This document shows positions 1 through 6,659 of a DNA stretch of 11,212 nucleotides, in pieces. The DNA is from Pseudomonadota bacterium (lineage in GTDB: Bacteria; Bdellovibrionota; Bdellovibrionia; Bdellovibrionales; SG-bin7). The translations under genes and the position numbers were made by a program. The stretch spans positions 1 to 11,212 of the forward strand of contig JAWXAY010000102.1 of assembly GCA_034439715.1 (NCBI GenBank). Reading direction: 5' to 3'. The notes under the pieces are model-generated. The model was not told the DNA's origin. It was given only the letters and a program-made list of their open reading frames with translations, and did no database searches. Positions within the stretch are counted from its first letter, which is position 1. The number at the start of each line of letters is the position of its first letter.

Positions 1-8
1 AAGAATAA

Positions 9-21
9 AATCAAAGAGTTA
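9..21 (+). promoter_or_regulatory. IHF binding site consensus match
   Basis: AATCAAagagTTA matches WATCAANNNNTTR exactly, has an A-rich 5' flank, and overlaps the base of the long hairpin. Confidence 0.5.
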
Positions 22-138
22 CCCCCCGCCGCCTCCCTTTTTCTTGTCCCTGGTCGGCTTAAGACCCCTCTCCCCCAACGATGTTGTAGTGATAGGGGTC
101 TTAAGCCTGGTACAAGAGTGAGGCGGCGGTGGGTAACT
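17..138. repeat. Long imperfect inverted repeat (~122-nt hairpin)
   Basis: Paired blocks: AGTTACCC 17-24/GGGTAACT 131-138; CCGCCGCCTC 26-35/GAGGCGGCGG 120-129; TCTTGT 42-47/ACAAGA 112-117; GGCTTAAGACCCCT 56-69/AGGGGTCTTAAGCC 94-107 (14 bp perfect); CAAC 76-79/GTTG 83-86 closing a GAT loop. Confidence 0.93.
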
Positions 139-150
139 GGGAGTAATAAA

Positions 151-561
151 ATGGTAGATAATATTAGTAATAATAATAGGGAGAATAATTCAGAAGAGGT
201 AAGGGAACAAAAAACAACGGAGGAAGTATTTCGGATAACGGTGACCAAAGATGCAGAAAAAGCATTGATTGATTTGGTCGACAAAGTGAACCGTGGATTT
301 GATGGTGGCAAAATCAATCGTACAGAAATGGCAAGCTGGGCCTTAACGCGTTTGGTTCGTAATATGGATGAGGCAATGCTTCAGGATATCCGGGCCGAGT
401 ATTTTGATGAGATCGCAGCTTTAGAAGTCCTCTGGCGCAAGGCAAAAGAGCGTGGCCGCGTTTCCAGCGAGGTAAAGCAACTGCTGTTAAAAGAGATCGG
501 TTTTGAGGGCTCCACAAAAAAACCACCCAAAACAAAAGTTGACAAGGAATTACACCAATGA
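151..561 (+). CDS. Hypothetical protein (136 aa), probable ribbon-helix-helix-type DNA-binding protein
   Basis: ATG at 151 has GGGAG at 139-143; the track's GTG at 118 lies inside the hairpin. The segment FRITVTKDAEKALIDLVDKV..KINRTEMASWALTRLV fits a strand-helix-helix pattern, and the C-terminal tail is basic. Confidence 0.6.
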   Translation: MVDNISNNNRENNSEEVREQKTTEEVFRITVTKDAEKALIDLVDKVNRGFDGGKINRTEMASWALTRLVRNMDEAMLQDIRAEYFDEIAALEVLWRKAKERGRVSSEVKQLLLKEIGFEGSTKKPPKTKVDKELHQ

Positions 562-567
562 TGTAAT
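539..567 (+). promoter_or_regulatory. Putative sigma70 promoter with overlapping palindromic operator upstream of the XRE gene
   Basis: Perfect -35 TTGACA (539-544), 17-nt spacer, then TGTAAT (562-567, one mismatch to TATAAT) preceded by TG at 559-560. The palindrome ATTACA-N7-TGTAAT (549-567) overlaps the spacer and -10. Confidence 0.55.
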
Positions 568-584
568 GACTGTGGGGAAGTACA

Positions 585-812
585 TTGAACGGCAAAGAGT
601 TTAAACGCATTAGGGAAAGGTTGGATTTGGAACGATCCGAACTTGCAGAGGTCTTTGGGATGTCGGGCTATATGGCGATTGCCAATATTGAAAATGGCAG
701 TCGGAACCCTGGCCCAATCCTTGGAGTTCTAATGAAAACTCTTGATGCCGTTCCGCTCAAGCGAGCGAAAGAAATTATCGAACTGCTGAGGAAATTTGGT
801 CATGGTTCATAA
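585..812 (+). CDS. XRE/Cro-C1 family helix-turn-helix transcriptional regulator (75 aa)
   Basis: FKRIRERLDLERSELAEVFGMSGYMAIANIENGSRNP is a classic HTH_XRE pattern. TTG start with GGGGAAG at 574-580. Confidence 0.85.
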   Translation: MNGKEFKRIRERLDLERSELAEVFGMSGYMAIANIENGSRNPGPILGVLMKTLDAVPLKRAKEIIELLRKFGHGS

Positions 813-831
813 TTTAATTTTAAGGATTTTC

Positions 832-1038
832 ATGGGTAAAAAGAATGCTAGTCTGAAACCAGGCGATCTTTCTGCGAAAACCATTGAGTATGTATCTCAA
901 CGTTCATCAAAAGACGTTAACGATGCCGATTTGAGGCGTATTGAGGTCATTACAATTCTGGAAGAAATTTTTCGCCTTGGTGGTCGTCGAAACCAAAAGC
1001 GAGCAGAGCAAATGGAGGACAATCAAGATGCCGCTTAA
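832..1038 (+). CDS. Small hypothetical protein (68 aa) overlapping the recombinase start
   Basis: ATG at 832 with AAGGA at 822-826 (track start 796). It fills the gap between the XRE gene and the recombinase and overlaps the recombinase ORF by 11 nt. Confidence 0.6.
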   Translation: MGKKNASLKPGDLSAKTIEYVSQRSSKDVNDADLRRIEVITILEEIFRLGGRRNQKRAEQMEDNQDAA

Positions 1039-2755
1039 AATTGGTGCATACATTCGTGTCAGTACTGAGGAGCAGGCCCAGGTTGTCGAGGGCTCACTTG
1101 ATTCCCAGAAGTTTAGAATTAAAGGTTATCTTGATATTCGTAATAACCAGGATGCTGGCTGGGGAAAGATCGTCGAAACATATATTGATGACGGTTATTC
1201 TGCCAAGGACACCCGTCGGCCTCAGTATCAAAAGATGATGCGAGACATTCGCACTGGCAAAGTTAATTTGATTTTAGTGACAGATCTTTCTCGTCTTTCG
1301 CGCAGTATCGCTGACTTCTGCGACCTATTAAAAGATCTCGAACGGTTTAAAGCGAAGTTTTTGTCGATCAAAGAACAATTTGATTCAAGCACACCTGCTG
1401 GCGAGATGATGCTGTTTAATATGATTAACCTCGCCCAATTTGAACGAAAGCAAACGTCTGAACGAGTTGCTACAAACTTCCATTCGCGAGCCCTGCGTGG
1501 GCTCAAGAATGGTGGCGCCCATATCCTTGGCTATGACACTGATCCGACAAATCCGGGCAAGCTGATTGTCAATGATGAGGAAGCAATATGGGTGCAAAAG
1601 GCTTTTGAAATTTACCTTGAGAAAGGAAGCACGCGGGAAACCGTTGCCGAACTCAATAGCTTAAAGGTTCCCCGCAAAATGACTGCTCGCACGGATGATC
1701 GTCATGCGAAAGGCAACGTATGGACCTATTCTGCGATAAAAAATCTCCTTCGCAATCGTGCATATATTGGTGAAAGAGAAATTAATTGTGAAAACAAAAA
1801 TGAAGATGCTTCGGCTTTGAAGCCTTGGCAAAAATACCAAGTTGCCAAAGCCTCTTGGCAACCAATCATTGAATCTGTGACATTCAATTCTGTTCAGCGC
1901 CTTCTTGATGCAGCGAAATCATTGCATAGAGAGAAGATGTCGAAAGCCGAACATCGTGTGTTCATATTGTCTGGTGTGATTCGTTGTGGGGAATGTGGCA
2001 GTGCGCTCATTGGCCAGTCTGCACACGGTAAATACCAAGTGCATCGCTATTATAATCACAAAGACAACGGCAGTGGGCAGCCAATTGAGTGCTCCGTGAA
2101 AAGATATAATGCTGAGGAGGTTGAGAAAACAATTCTTGAACATTTAGCCAAAGATGCTCAAGACGCTGGATATTTGGATGATATTGAAAAAGTGCTTGTT
2201 GCCAACGGCCAAGTTTCAAATTCTGGTCTTAAGAAGGCAATTCAGCGAATTGAAAAAACCATTAAAAAAACTGACGAGGAAATCGAGTCCATTTTTAAAT
2301 TCCAATTACAGAATTCACTAACTTCAAATACTTCTCAGCTTGTGGCCGAGAAGCTTGAAGGACTTTCAATTCAAAAGAAGCGCCACCAGGAAACTTTGGC
2401 GGAGCTTTTGGATAAGGAACATGAATTACTGGAACCTAAAGAAGCAATTACCGGAATTGAAGATCGGCTTTTGAGTTTTAAAAAGGCGATGCCGAGAGCC
2501 AGTGCTCCTCTGCTAAAACGGTTGATCCGCAACCTGTACGATGTCCTTTTCCTGAATGAAGGTCGGCTTGAGTGCTTCTACATTACTGCCAGTTCTAATC
2601 CTGCCAGTATCCAATCATCTAAAATGAAAAAGGCTTCGGGGGTTCTCCCTGAAGCCTTTTCATCACTCTTTAAAAATCCAATCCTACAATCATCAAACGC
2701 CGAGTGGCAGTTTAATGGACCAAAAGTTGCCTATTGGTCGAAATGGTGGACGTGA
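1028..2755 (+). CDS. Large serine recombinase/integrase (575 aa): resolvase catalytic domain, recombinase domain, Zn-ribbon and coiled coil
   Basis: Catalytic motifs YIRVST, DDGYSAKDTRRP and DLSRLSRS; helix E AQFERKQTSERV; Zn ribbon LSGVIRCGECG...YYNH...C; then a coiled coil. ATG at 1028 has GGAGG at 1014-1018, so the track's TTG at 941 is unlikely. Confidence 0.95.
   Translation: MPLKIGAYIRVSTEEQAQVVEGSLDSQKFRIKGYLDIRNNQDAGWGKIVETYIDDGYSAKDTRRPQYQKMMRDIRTGKVNLILVTDLSRLSRSIADFCDLLKDLERFKAKFLSIKEQFDSSTPAGEMMLFNMINLAQFERKQTSERVATNFHSRALRGLKNGGAHILGYDTDPTNPGKLIVNDEEAIWVQKAFEIYLEKGSTRETVAELNSLKVPRKMTARTDDRHAKGNVWTYSAIKNLLRNRAYIGEREINCENKNEDASALKPWQKYQVAKASWQPIIESVTFNSVQRLLDAAKSLHREKMSKAEHRVFILSGVIRCGECGSALIGQSAHGKYQVHRYYNHKDNGSGQPIECSVKRYNAEEVEKTILEHLAKDAQDAGYLDDIEKVLVANGQVSNSGLKKAIQRIEKTIKKTDEEIESIFKFQLQNSLTSNTSQLVAEKLEGLSIQKKRHQETLAELLDKEHELLEPKEAITGIEDRLLSFKKAMPRASAPLLKRLIRNLYDVLFLNEGRLECFYITASSNPASIQSSKMKKASGVLPEAFSSLFKNPILQSSNAEWQFNGPKVAYWSKWWT
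2627..2660. terminator. Bidirectional intrinsic terminator-like hairpin inside the recombinase ORF, likely the tRNA terminator on the minus strand
   Basis: AAAAAGGCTTCGGGG-GTTCT-CCCTGAAGCCTTTT. The minus strand continues TTTTTCATTTT after the stem and the plus strand has TTTT. It lies ~85 nt downstream of the tRNA CCA. Confidence 0.7.
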
Positions 2756-2819
2756 CAGGAATCGAACCTGCGACCCCAAACATGCCATGCTTGTGCTCTC
2801 CCAACTGAGCTACACGCCC
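2744..2819 (-). tRNA. tRNA-Ala(GGC), 76 nt, CCA encoded
   Basis: Reverse complement is GGGCGTGTAGCTCAGTTGGGAGAGCACAAGCATGGCATGTTTGGGGTCGCAGGTTCGATTCCTGTCACGTCCACCA. The acceptor stem has the G3:U70 Ala identity pair; D stem GCTC/GAGC; anticodon loop AT-GGC-AT; T loop TTCGATT; discriminator A. Confidence 0.98.
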
Positions 2820-2845
2820 TCACCATAAAACCACACGAAATTTTT

Positions 2846-2873
2846 AATATACCTGTCGTTCTCCCGGCAACAA
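2846..2873 (-). promoter_or_regulatory. Possible sigma70 promoter for the tRNA
   Basis: Minus strand TTGTTG-16 nt-TATATT (alternative -35 TTGCCG) ~25 nt upstream of the tRNA, with AT-rich upstream sequence. The match is weak. Confidence 0.3.
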
Positions 2874-2913
2874 AAAATATTGAATATTAATGCCCTACTT
2901 GAACTGCTGACTC

Positions 2914-2929
2914 TGGTACGAGCATTGCA
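2914..2929 (+). promoter_or_regulatory. Sigma54 (RpoN) -24/-12 promoter
   Basis: TGGTACG-AGCA-TTGCA versus consensus TGGCACG-N4-TTGCW: one mismatch and exact GG-N10-GC spacing, 64 nt upstream of the ATG at 2994. Confidence 0.65.
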
Positions 2930-2993
2930 AAACAACTTAATATTAATCTTATGGTAAACCAGCTGGTTTTTAAGGCAAAGGAACTAGACACTC

Positions 2994-4196
2994 ATGTCAA
3001 AAAATGTCACGGCGACGCCCCAGGGTCTATATCCGGAGAAAGATATTGAGACCCTCACGCTCGAAGTCTTAAATCCCTACGCCTTTAGACAAAACGCAAA
3101 GACTTTGAGGAATCTTACGGTCCCCGATCAATTATTCGTGGGTCGCTTTGAAGTTTTTGATTTGATGCGCGGGCTGGCGCTGGTTCTGATGATCCTCAGT
3201 CACACCACCAAGGGGCTCCTAAATTGGGAACAATACCCAGCGTGGGGTTTAGTTCCTATTCATCTCATCACAAAATTTTCGTCGTCACTCTTTATACTTA
3301 CCTTCGGAGCCACGCTTGCCATCGCTTACCTCCCCCACGTCGGTACTCGGCTTTGGCCAAAGAAGAGAAATCAACTTTGGCTACGAGCCATTGAAGTCCT
3401 ATTTTGGTATAAAGTTTTGACGATTGTGCAAATGTTCCAGGTTTACCCAAGAGAACAAATTGTAGATGCTCTCCTATTTAAGACTTTTCCCGACTTCGTC
3501 GAAGTCTTGGGATTTTACAGCATTGCCCTCATGTGGTTACCGCTATTTTTACCGCTATGGGCGCGGATCCATTGGCTGGTAAAGCCTCTTTTGGCAATTG
3601 GCTTAGTCTACGCCCAGTTTAGACTCGTTAATTTTGATTTTTGGGGCAATATTCAACTTAAAGCGTTGTTGGTTGAGCACCCTGGCTACTTTACGTTTGG
3701 CCAAATATCTCGTGGCCCCCTAGTTCTGGGCGGACTACTCATAGGCCAGCTTTTTTTATTCCTACGTTCAGAAAGTTGGGGAAGATTTTATTTAGGCCTA
3801 CTTTTACTTTCGCTGGGTGGACTTTTATTAGGAGCATTTTACGGATTAGTTTTTGAAAACCTTACTAATACTTTTTTTGCCCTGGCAAAAAATGGCGGTA
3901 AGCATCCCCCCGCTCCACAGTTTATGTTATTTAGCGTGGGCGGAGCACTTGTGTTAATGGCGCTTAGTCTATTTGGCGGAAAAATATTGAGTAAGATTTT
4001 AATGCCATTTACCCTCATTGGAAAATTTTCACTCCAAACCTTCGTATTTCATATAGCTGTAATTTTTATTTTCTACAGGTATCTCTTCGACCTCAGACAC
4101 AATATTTCTTATGACAGTACCCTCTTACTGACAGGCTTATTAATCATACTTACTACCCTATGGGCCGGAATTTTAAAATGGCGAAAATCAGTTTAG
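2994..4196 (+). CDS. Polytopic membrane protein, OpgC/DUF1624-like acyltransferase family (400 aa)
   Basis: N-terminal GRFEVFDLMRGLALVLMILSH motif, roughly ten hydrophobic segments, and C-terminal K.PP...FML and IGKFSLQTFVFH motifs. AAGGA at 2978-2982. Confidence 0.75.
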   Translation: MSKNVTATPQGLYPEKDIETLTLEVLNPYAFRQNAKTLRNLTVPDQLFVGRFEVFDLMRGLALVLMILSHTTKGLLNWEQYPAWGLVPIHLITKFSSSLFILTFGATLAIAYLPHVGTRLWPKKRNQLWLRAIEVLFWYKVLTIVQMFQVYPREQIVDALLFKTFPDFVEVLGFYSIALMWLPLFLPLWARIHWLVKPLLAIGLVYAQFRLVNFDFWGNIQLKALLVEHPGYFTFGQISRGPLVLGGLLIGQLFLFLRSESWGRFYLGLLLLSLGGLLLGAFYGLVFENLTNTFFALAKNGGKHPPAPQFMLFSVGGALVLMALSLFGGKILSKILMPFTLIGKFSLQTFVFHIAVIFIFYRYLFDLRHNISYDSTLLLTGLLIILTTLWAGILKWRKSV

Positions 4197-5248
4197 CAGT
4201 CACGTTTCTATCTATTCTTTCTTTTTGTTTCGGAGGCAGTGTCCTAGCGAGTGGCAACCGTCCCACCTTTCCACAAGATCCTCACTGGGCCCGGTATCTC
4301 AACAACAGAATTCAAAAATTAGCACTCAAGACTCAGGGAACGATCGGCGTTTATATTAAGGACTATTCGGATGGTGAAATATTCTCATATAATGCCCATC
4401 GTGAGTGGTATTTAGCTAGCGCTATAAAAGTACCAGTGGCACTCGAAGTCTACCGACAGATTAGTCTAGACATCCTTGATGACAAAAAGCCAATTATCTT
4501 AACCGATTCCGACTTCCGTGATGGAGCGGGATTAACCAATGGGCTTAAGCCTGGCGAAAAAATTTCGTTACGGTATCTTTTAGAGCAGATGCTCATTGAA
4601 AGTGACAATACTGCCACTGACCTACTGATAAATCAGGTCGGCATTGAAAACATTAATCAAAATTTACAAAACACTGTTTTCTGGGGGTTCGGGCCTATAA
4701 CGAGTCTCTTAAACGTTAGAAAAAGCGTGTTTTCTGAATTTGACCAGAAAGGATTTGCGCTGAGTAATCGGGATTTTATAGCTCTTAAGGCACTTAAAAA
4801 GGAAAAAGAAAAATTGAAAAAACTATCCCAGCTTTTGGGCATCGAAGTAAAAGACTTTAAGGTTAAAACTATATCTGAGGCCTTTAATCGTTATTACTTA
4901 AAAAATCTAAATACCGCAACACTGATTGCCTATTCAAAACTTTTAGAAAAAATACTTGAGGGCAAAAATCCTGAGCCCAAAGATTGGCCGCGGGTCTTGG
5001 ACATTATGTTGAAATGCAATACCGGAAAGAATCGAATTGCTGCCGGCCTACCCCCTGATGTTTTATTTGCCCATAAGACCGGAACCCAACACCAACGAAT
5101 TTGTGACTTCGGCATTGCCTGGAAGAAAAATTCAGGAAAAAAGATTTTAATTAGTACATGTATTGAAGGATTCAGTGAACTTGCAAGTGCTGAAAACGCC
5201 CTAAAGAGAATAGGTTCCCTGCTCAAAAATTCTAAAATTTTTAACTAA
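4178..5248 (+). CDS. Exported serine hydrolase of the class A beta-lactamase fold (356 aa)
   Basis: Signal peptide, SxxK (ASAIK), SDN (ESDNTA) and KTG (HKTGT). It overlaps the upstream gene, with an alternative start at 4160. No clear Glu166 omega-loop motif, so beta-lactamase activity is not established. Confidence 0.85.
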   Translation: MAKISLAVTFLSILSFCFGGSVLASGNRPTFPQDPHWARYLNNRIQKLALKTQGTIGVYIKDYSDGEIFSYNAHREWYLASAIKVPVALEVYRQISLDILDDKKPIILTDSDFRDGAGLTNGLKPGEKISLRYLLEQMLIESDNTATDLLINQVGIENINQNLQNTVFWGFGPITSLLNVRKSVFSEFDQKGFALSNRDFIALKALKKEKEKLKKLSQLLGIEVKDFKVKTISEAFNRYYLKNLNTATLIAYSKLLEKILEGKNPEPKDWPRVLDIMLKCNTGKNRIAAGLPPDVLFAHKTGTQHQRICDFGIAWKKNSGKKILISTCIEGFSELASAENALKRIGSLLKNSKIFN

Positions 5249-5257
5249 TTTTTTCTT

Positions 5258-6553
5258 CTATTTTTGTTTTTCTATTTTAAATTCGACTCGGCGATTTTTT
5301 TGTCGTCCCTGGTAGTTGCCATTGTCGGCCACCGGTTGAGATTCGCCAAAACCATAATCGGTTATTTTATCTGTTGTGATTTTAGGATAATTCTTAATAA
5401 GAAAGTTCTTAACCGAAGCCGCTCGTCGTACACTGAGTCCTTGGTTGTAGGCTTCACTCCCCACTGAGTCAGTATGGCCAGAAATTACCAAATGGTATTT
5501 TCCGATAACCAACAAATAATCTGCTAGCTCCCGTAAGACATTGAGTGACGTTTCGTCATTGATTTTATCTGAGTCAAAATCAAAGTTAATATCCAGCACA
5601 ACACGATCTTGTTCTTCAAATTTTTTGGCCACAGGTGAATCCATTTTTTTGTTGATGGGACCAAAGGCATAGTTAACACCGGTGTACACCCGCCAGTCAG
5701 GCGAGCCAGTTCCTTGCAATATCTGTGTGCCGCCACCAAAATGGAAAGCAAACTGCCGAGTTAAATCGTATTTGATACCCAACAGAGCCTCGAGGGACGA
5801 TTGAGATCTAAAGTCAGCTTTATCGCTTTTTTGGGCGGGATAACTGCCAAAGACTTCTAAGATCATTTTTGCGTCAAGGTTCGGCAAGTAATAACTCGCG
5901 GCCATCGATCCAATAATTTGATCTTTAAAGGGTTCAATGGGAACGTTCGGATTTGCCGTGCCCGGATCTCGCAGCCGATATCCCAAGTTTGCTCCAACCG
6001 CCACGCCTCTATACATACGATCTACAGCAAACTCTAAATTATATGTGGGACCGGCTCCTTCGCCAGTGTAGGGATTGTCTTGAATACGATTAAAGTTAGC
6101 ACTGGCGATGACAGCTGTCCCCCCGAAGGAATCTCCACTAAGGCGATATTTCGTATTCACACGTATCTCAGTATTTCCCTTATTTTCATAAAACCCACGA
6201 TAGACGCTGTCGTTGCCGACGTGCTGATACCATATTTGGGGAAAACTTAAACCCACATCCCAATTTTCTTTGAGGCCATATCCGATATTTAAATCGGCGC
6301 CCAGTAGCTCGTCTTCAAATTGAGTGCGAGACCCGTCTGTTTGTTGGAAAATCGGAAGGCTATTTACAGCCAGGTTCATAAAAAACCCTAAATTTACATA
6401 CCCAGGCTCGAGAGTTTCAGAAGAGTGAACTGTGACAAAATCTAATCCACTTGAGATAGCATTAAAATTTTGGGCGTCTGTTCCAACAACATTAGCCTTA
6501 ACAAGGGGGGCAAAAAGGACTACCAAACAAAAAACAGCCTGCCTAATTCTCAT
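5258..6553 (-). CDS. OmpA family outer membrane protein (N-terminal beta-barrel-like region plus C-terminal peptidoglycan-binding domain; 431 aa)
   Basis: Signal peptide and alternating beta-strand pattern ending DWRVYTGVNYAF. OmpA-C motifs INFDFDS, GHTDSVGSEAYNQGLSVRRA and GRQKNRRVEF. Confidence 0.92.
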   Translation of the reverse strand: MRIRQAVFCLVVLFAPLVKANVVGTDAQNFNAISSGLDFVTVHSSETLEPGYVNLGFFMNLAVNSLPIFQQTDGSRTQFEDELLGADLNIGYGLKENWDVGLSFPQIWYQHVGNDSVYRGFYENKGNTEIRVNTKYRLSGDSFGGTAVIASANFNRIQDNPYTGEGAGPTYNLEFAVDRMYRGVAVGANLGYRLRDPGTANPNVPIEPFKDQIIGSMAASYYLPNLDAKMILEVFGSYPAQKSDKADFRSQSSLEALLGIKYDLTRQFAFHFGGGTQILQGTGSPDWRVYTGVNYAFGPINKKMDSPVAKKFEEQDRVVLDINFDFDSDKINDETSLNVLRELADYLLVIGKYHLVISGHTDSVGSEAYNQGLSVRRAASVKNFLIKNYPKITTDKITDYGFGESQPVADNGNYQGRQKNRRVEFKIEKQK

Positions 6554-6659
6554 TATCTAAGCTCACCTACAAACCGACGAATCGTCAAGGGTTTGGGGCC
6601 TAGCTTTAGGTCCAGAAAACAGTTTTATCAGCGCTATGCCTTCGGGGTGGGCCAGAACT

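Larger units (their letters stand above)
1..2755. mobile_element. Right end of an integrative element (genomic island or prophage-like) inserted at the 3' end of tRNA-Ala(GGC); the other end is outside the window
   Basis: A large serine recombinase gene points into and overlaps the tRNA CCA end. It is preceded by small DNA-binding protein genes, and host-type genes resume beyond the tRNA. The partner att repeat is not visible here. Confidence 0.75.

Noticed and set aside
17..138. Hairpin as an integron attC site, CRISPR repeat, retron msr-msd or DGR element
   Set aside because: Its ends (GTTACCC...GGGTAAC) are inverted relative to the attC RYYYAAC...GTTRRRY pattern. It is single-copy here, and there is no cas, IntI or reverse transcriptase gene in the window.
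118..150. Track start at GTG 118
   Set aside because: It lies within the hairpin arm, and ATG 151 has a well-spaced GGGAG ribosome binding site.
941..1027. 29-aa N-terminal extension of the recombinase
   Set aside because: Serine recombinases start a few residues before the YxRVS motif, and ATG 1028 has a GGAGG ribosome binding site.
314..2219. Short alternative-frame and antisense ORFs (314-610, 1041-1238, 1228-1506, 1385-1597, 1661-1861, 1919-2143, 2007-2219)
   Set aside because: They overlap better-supported genes and show no recognisable motifs, so they are likely shadow ORFs.
4178..5248. Calling this an acquired antibiotic resistance gene carried by the island
   Set aside because: It lies on the host side of the tRNA and lacks a visible Glu166 motif.
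5249..5257. Terminator between the convergent hydrolase and OmpA genes
   Set aside because: The gap is only 9 nt and T-rich, with no GC stem.
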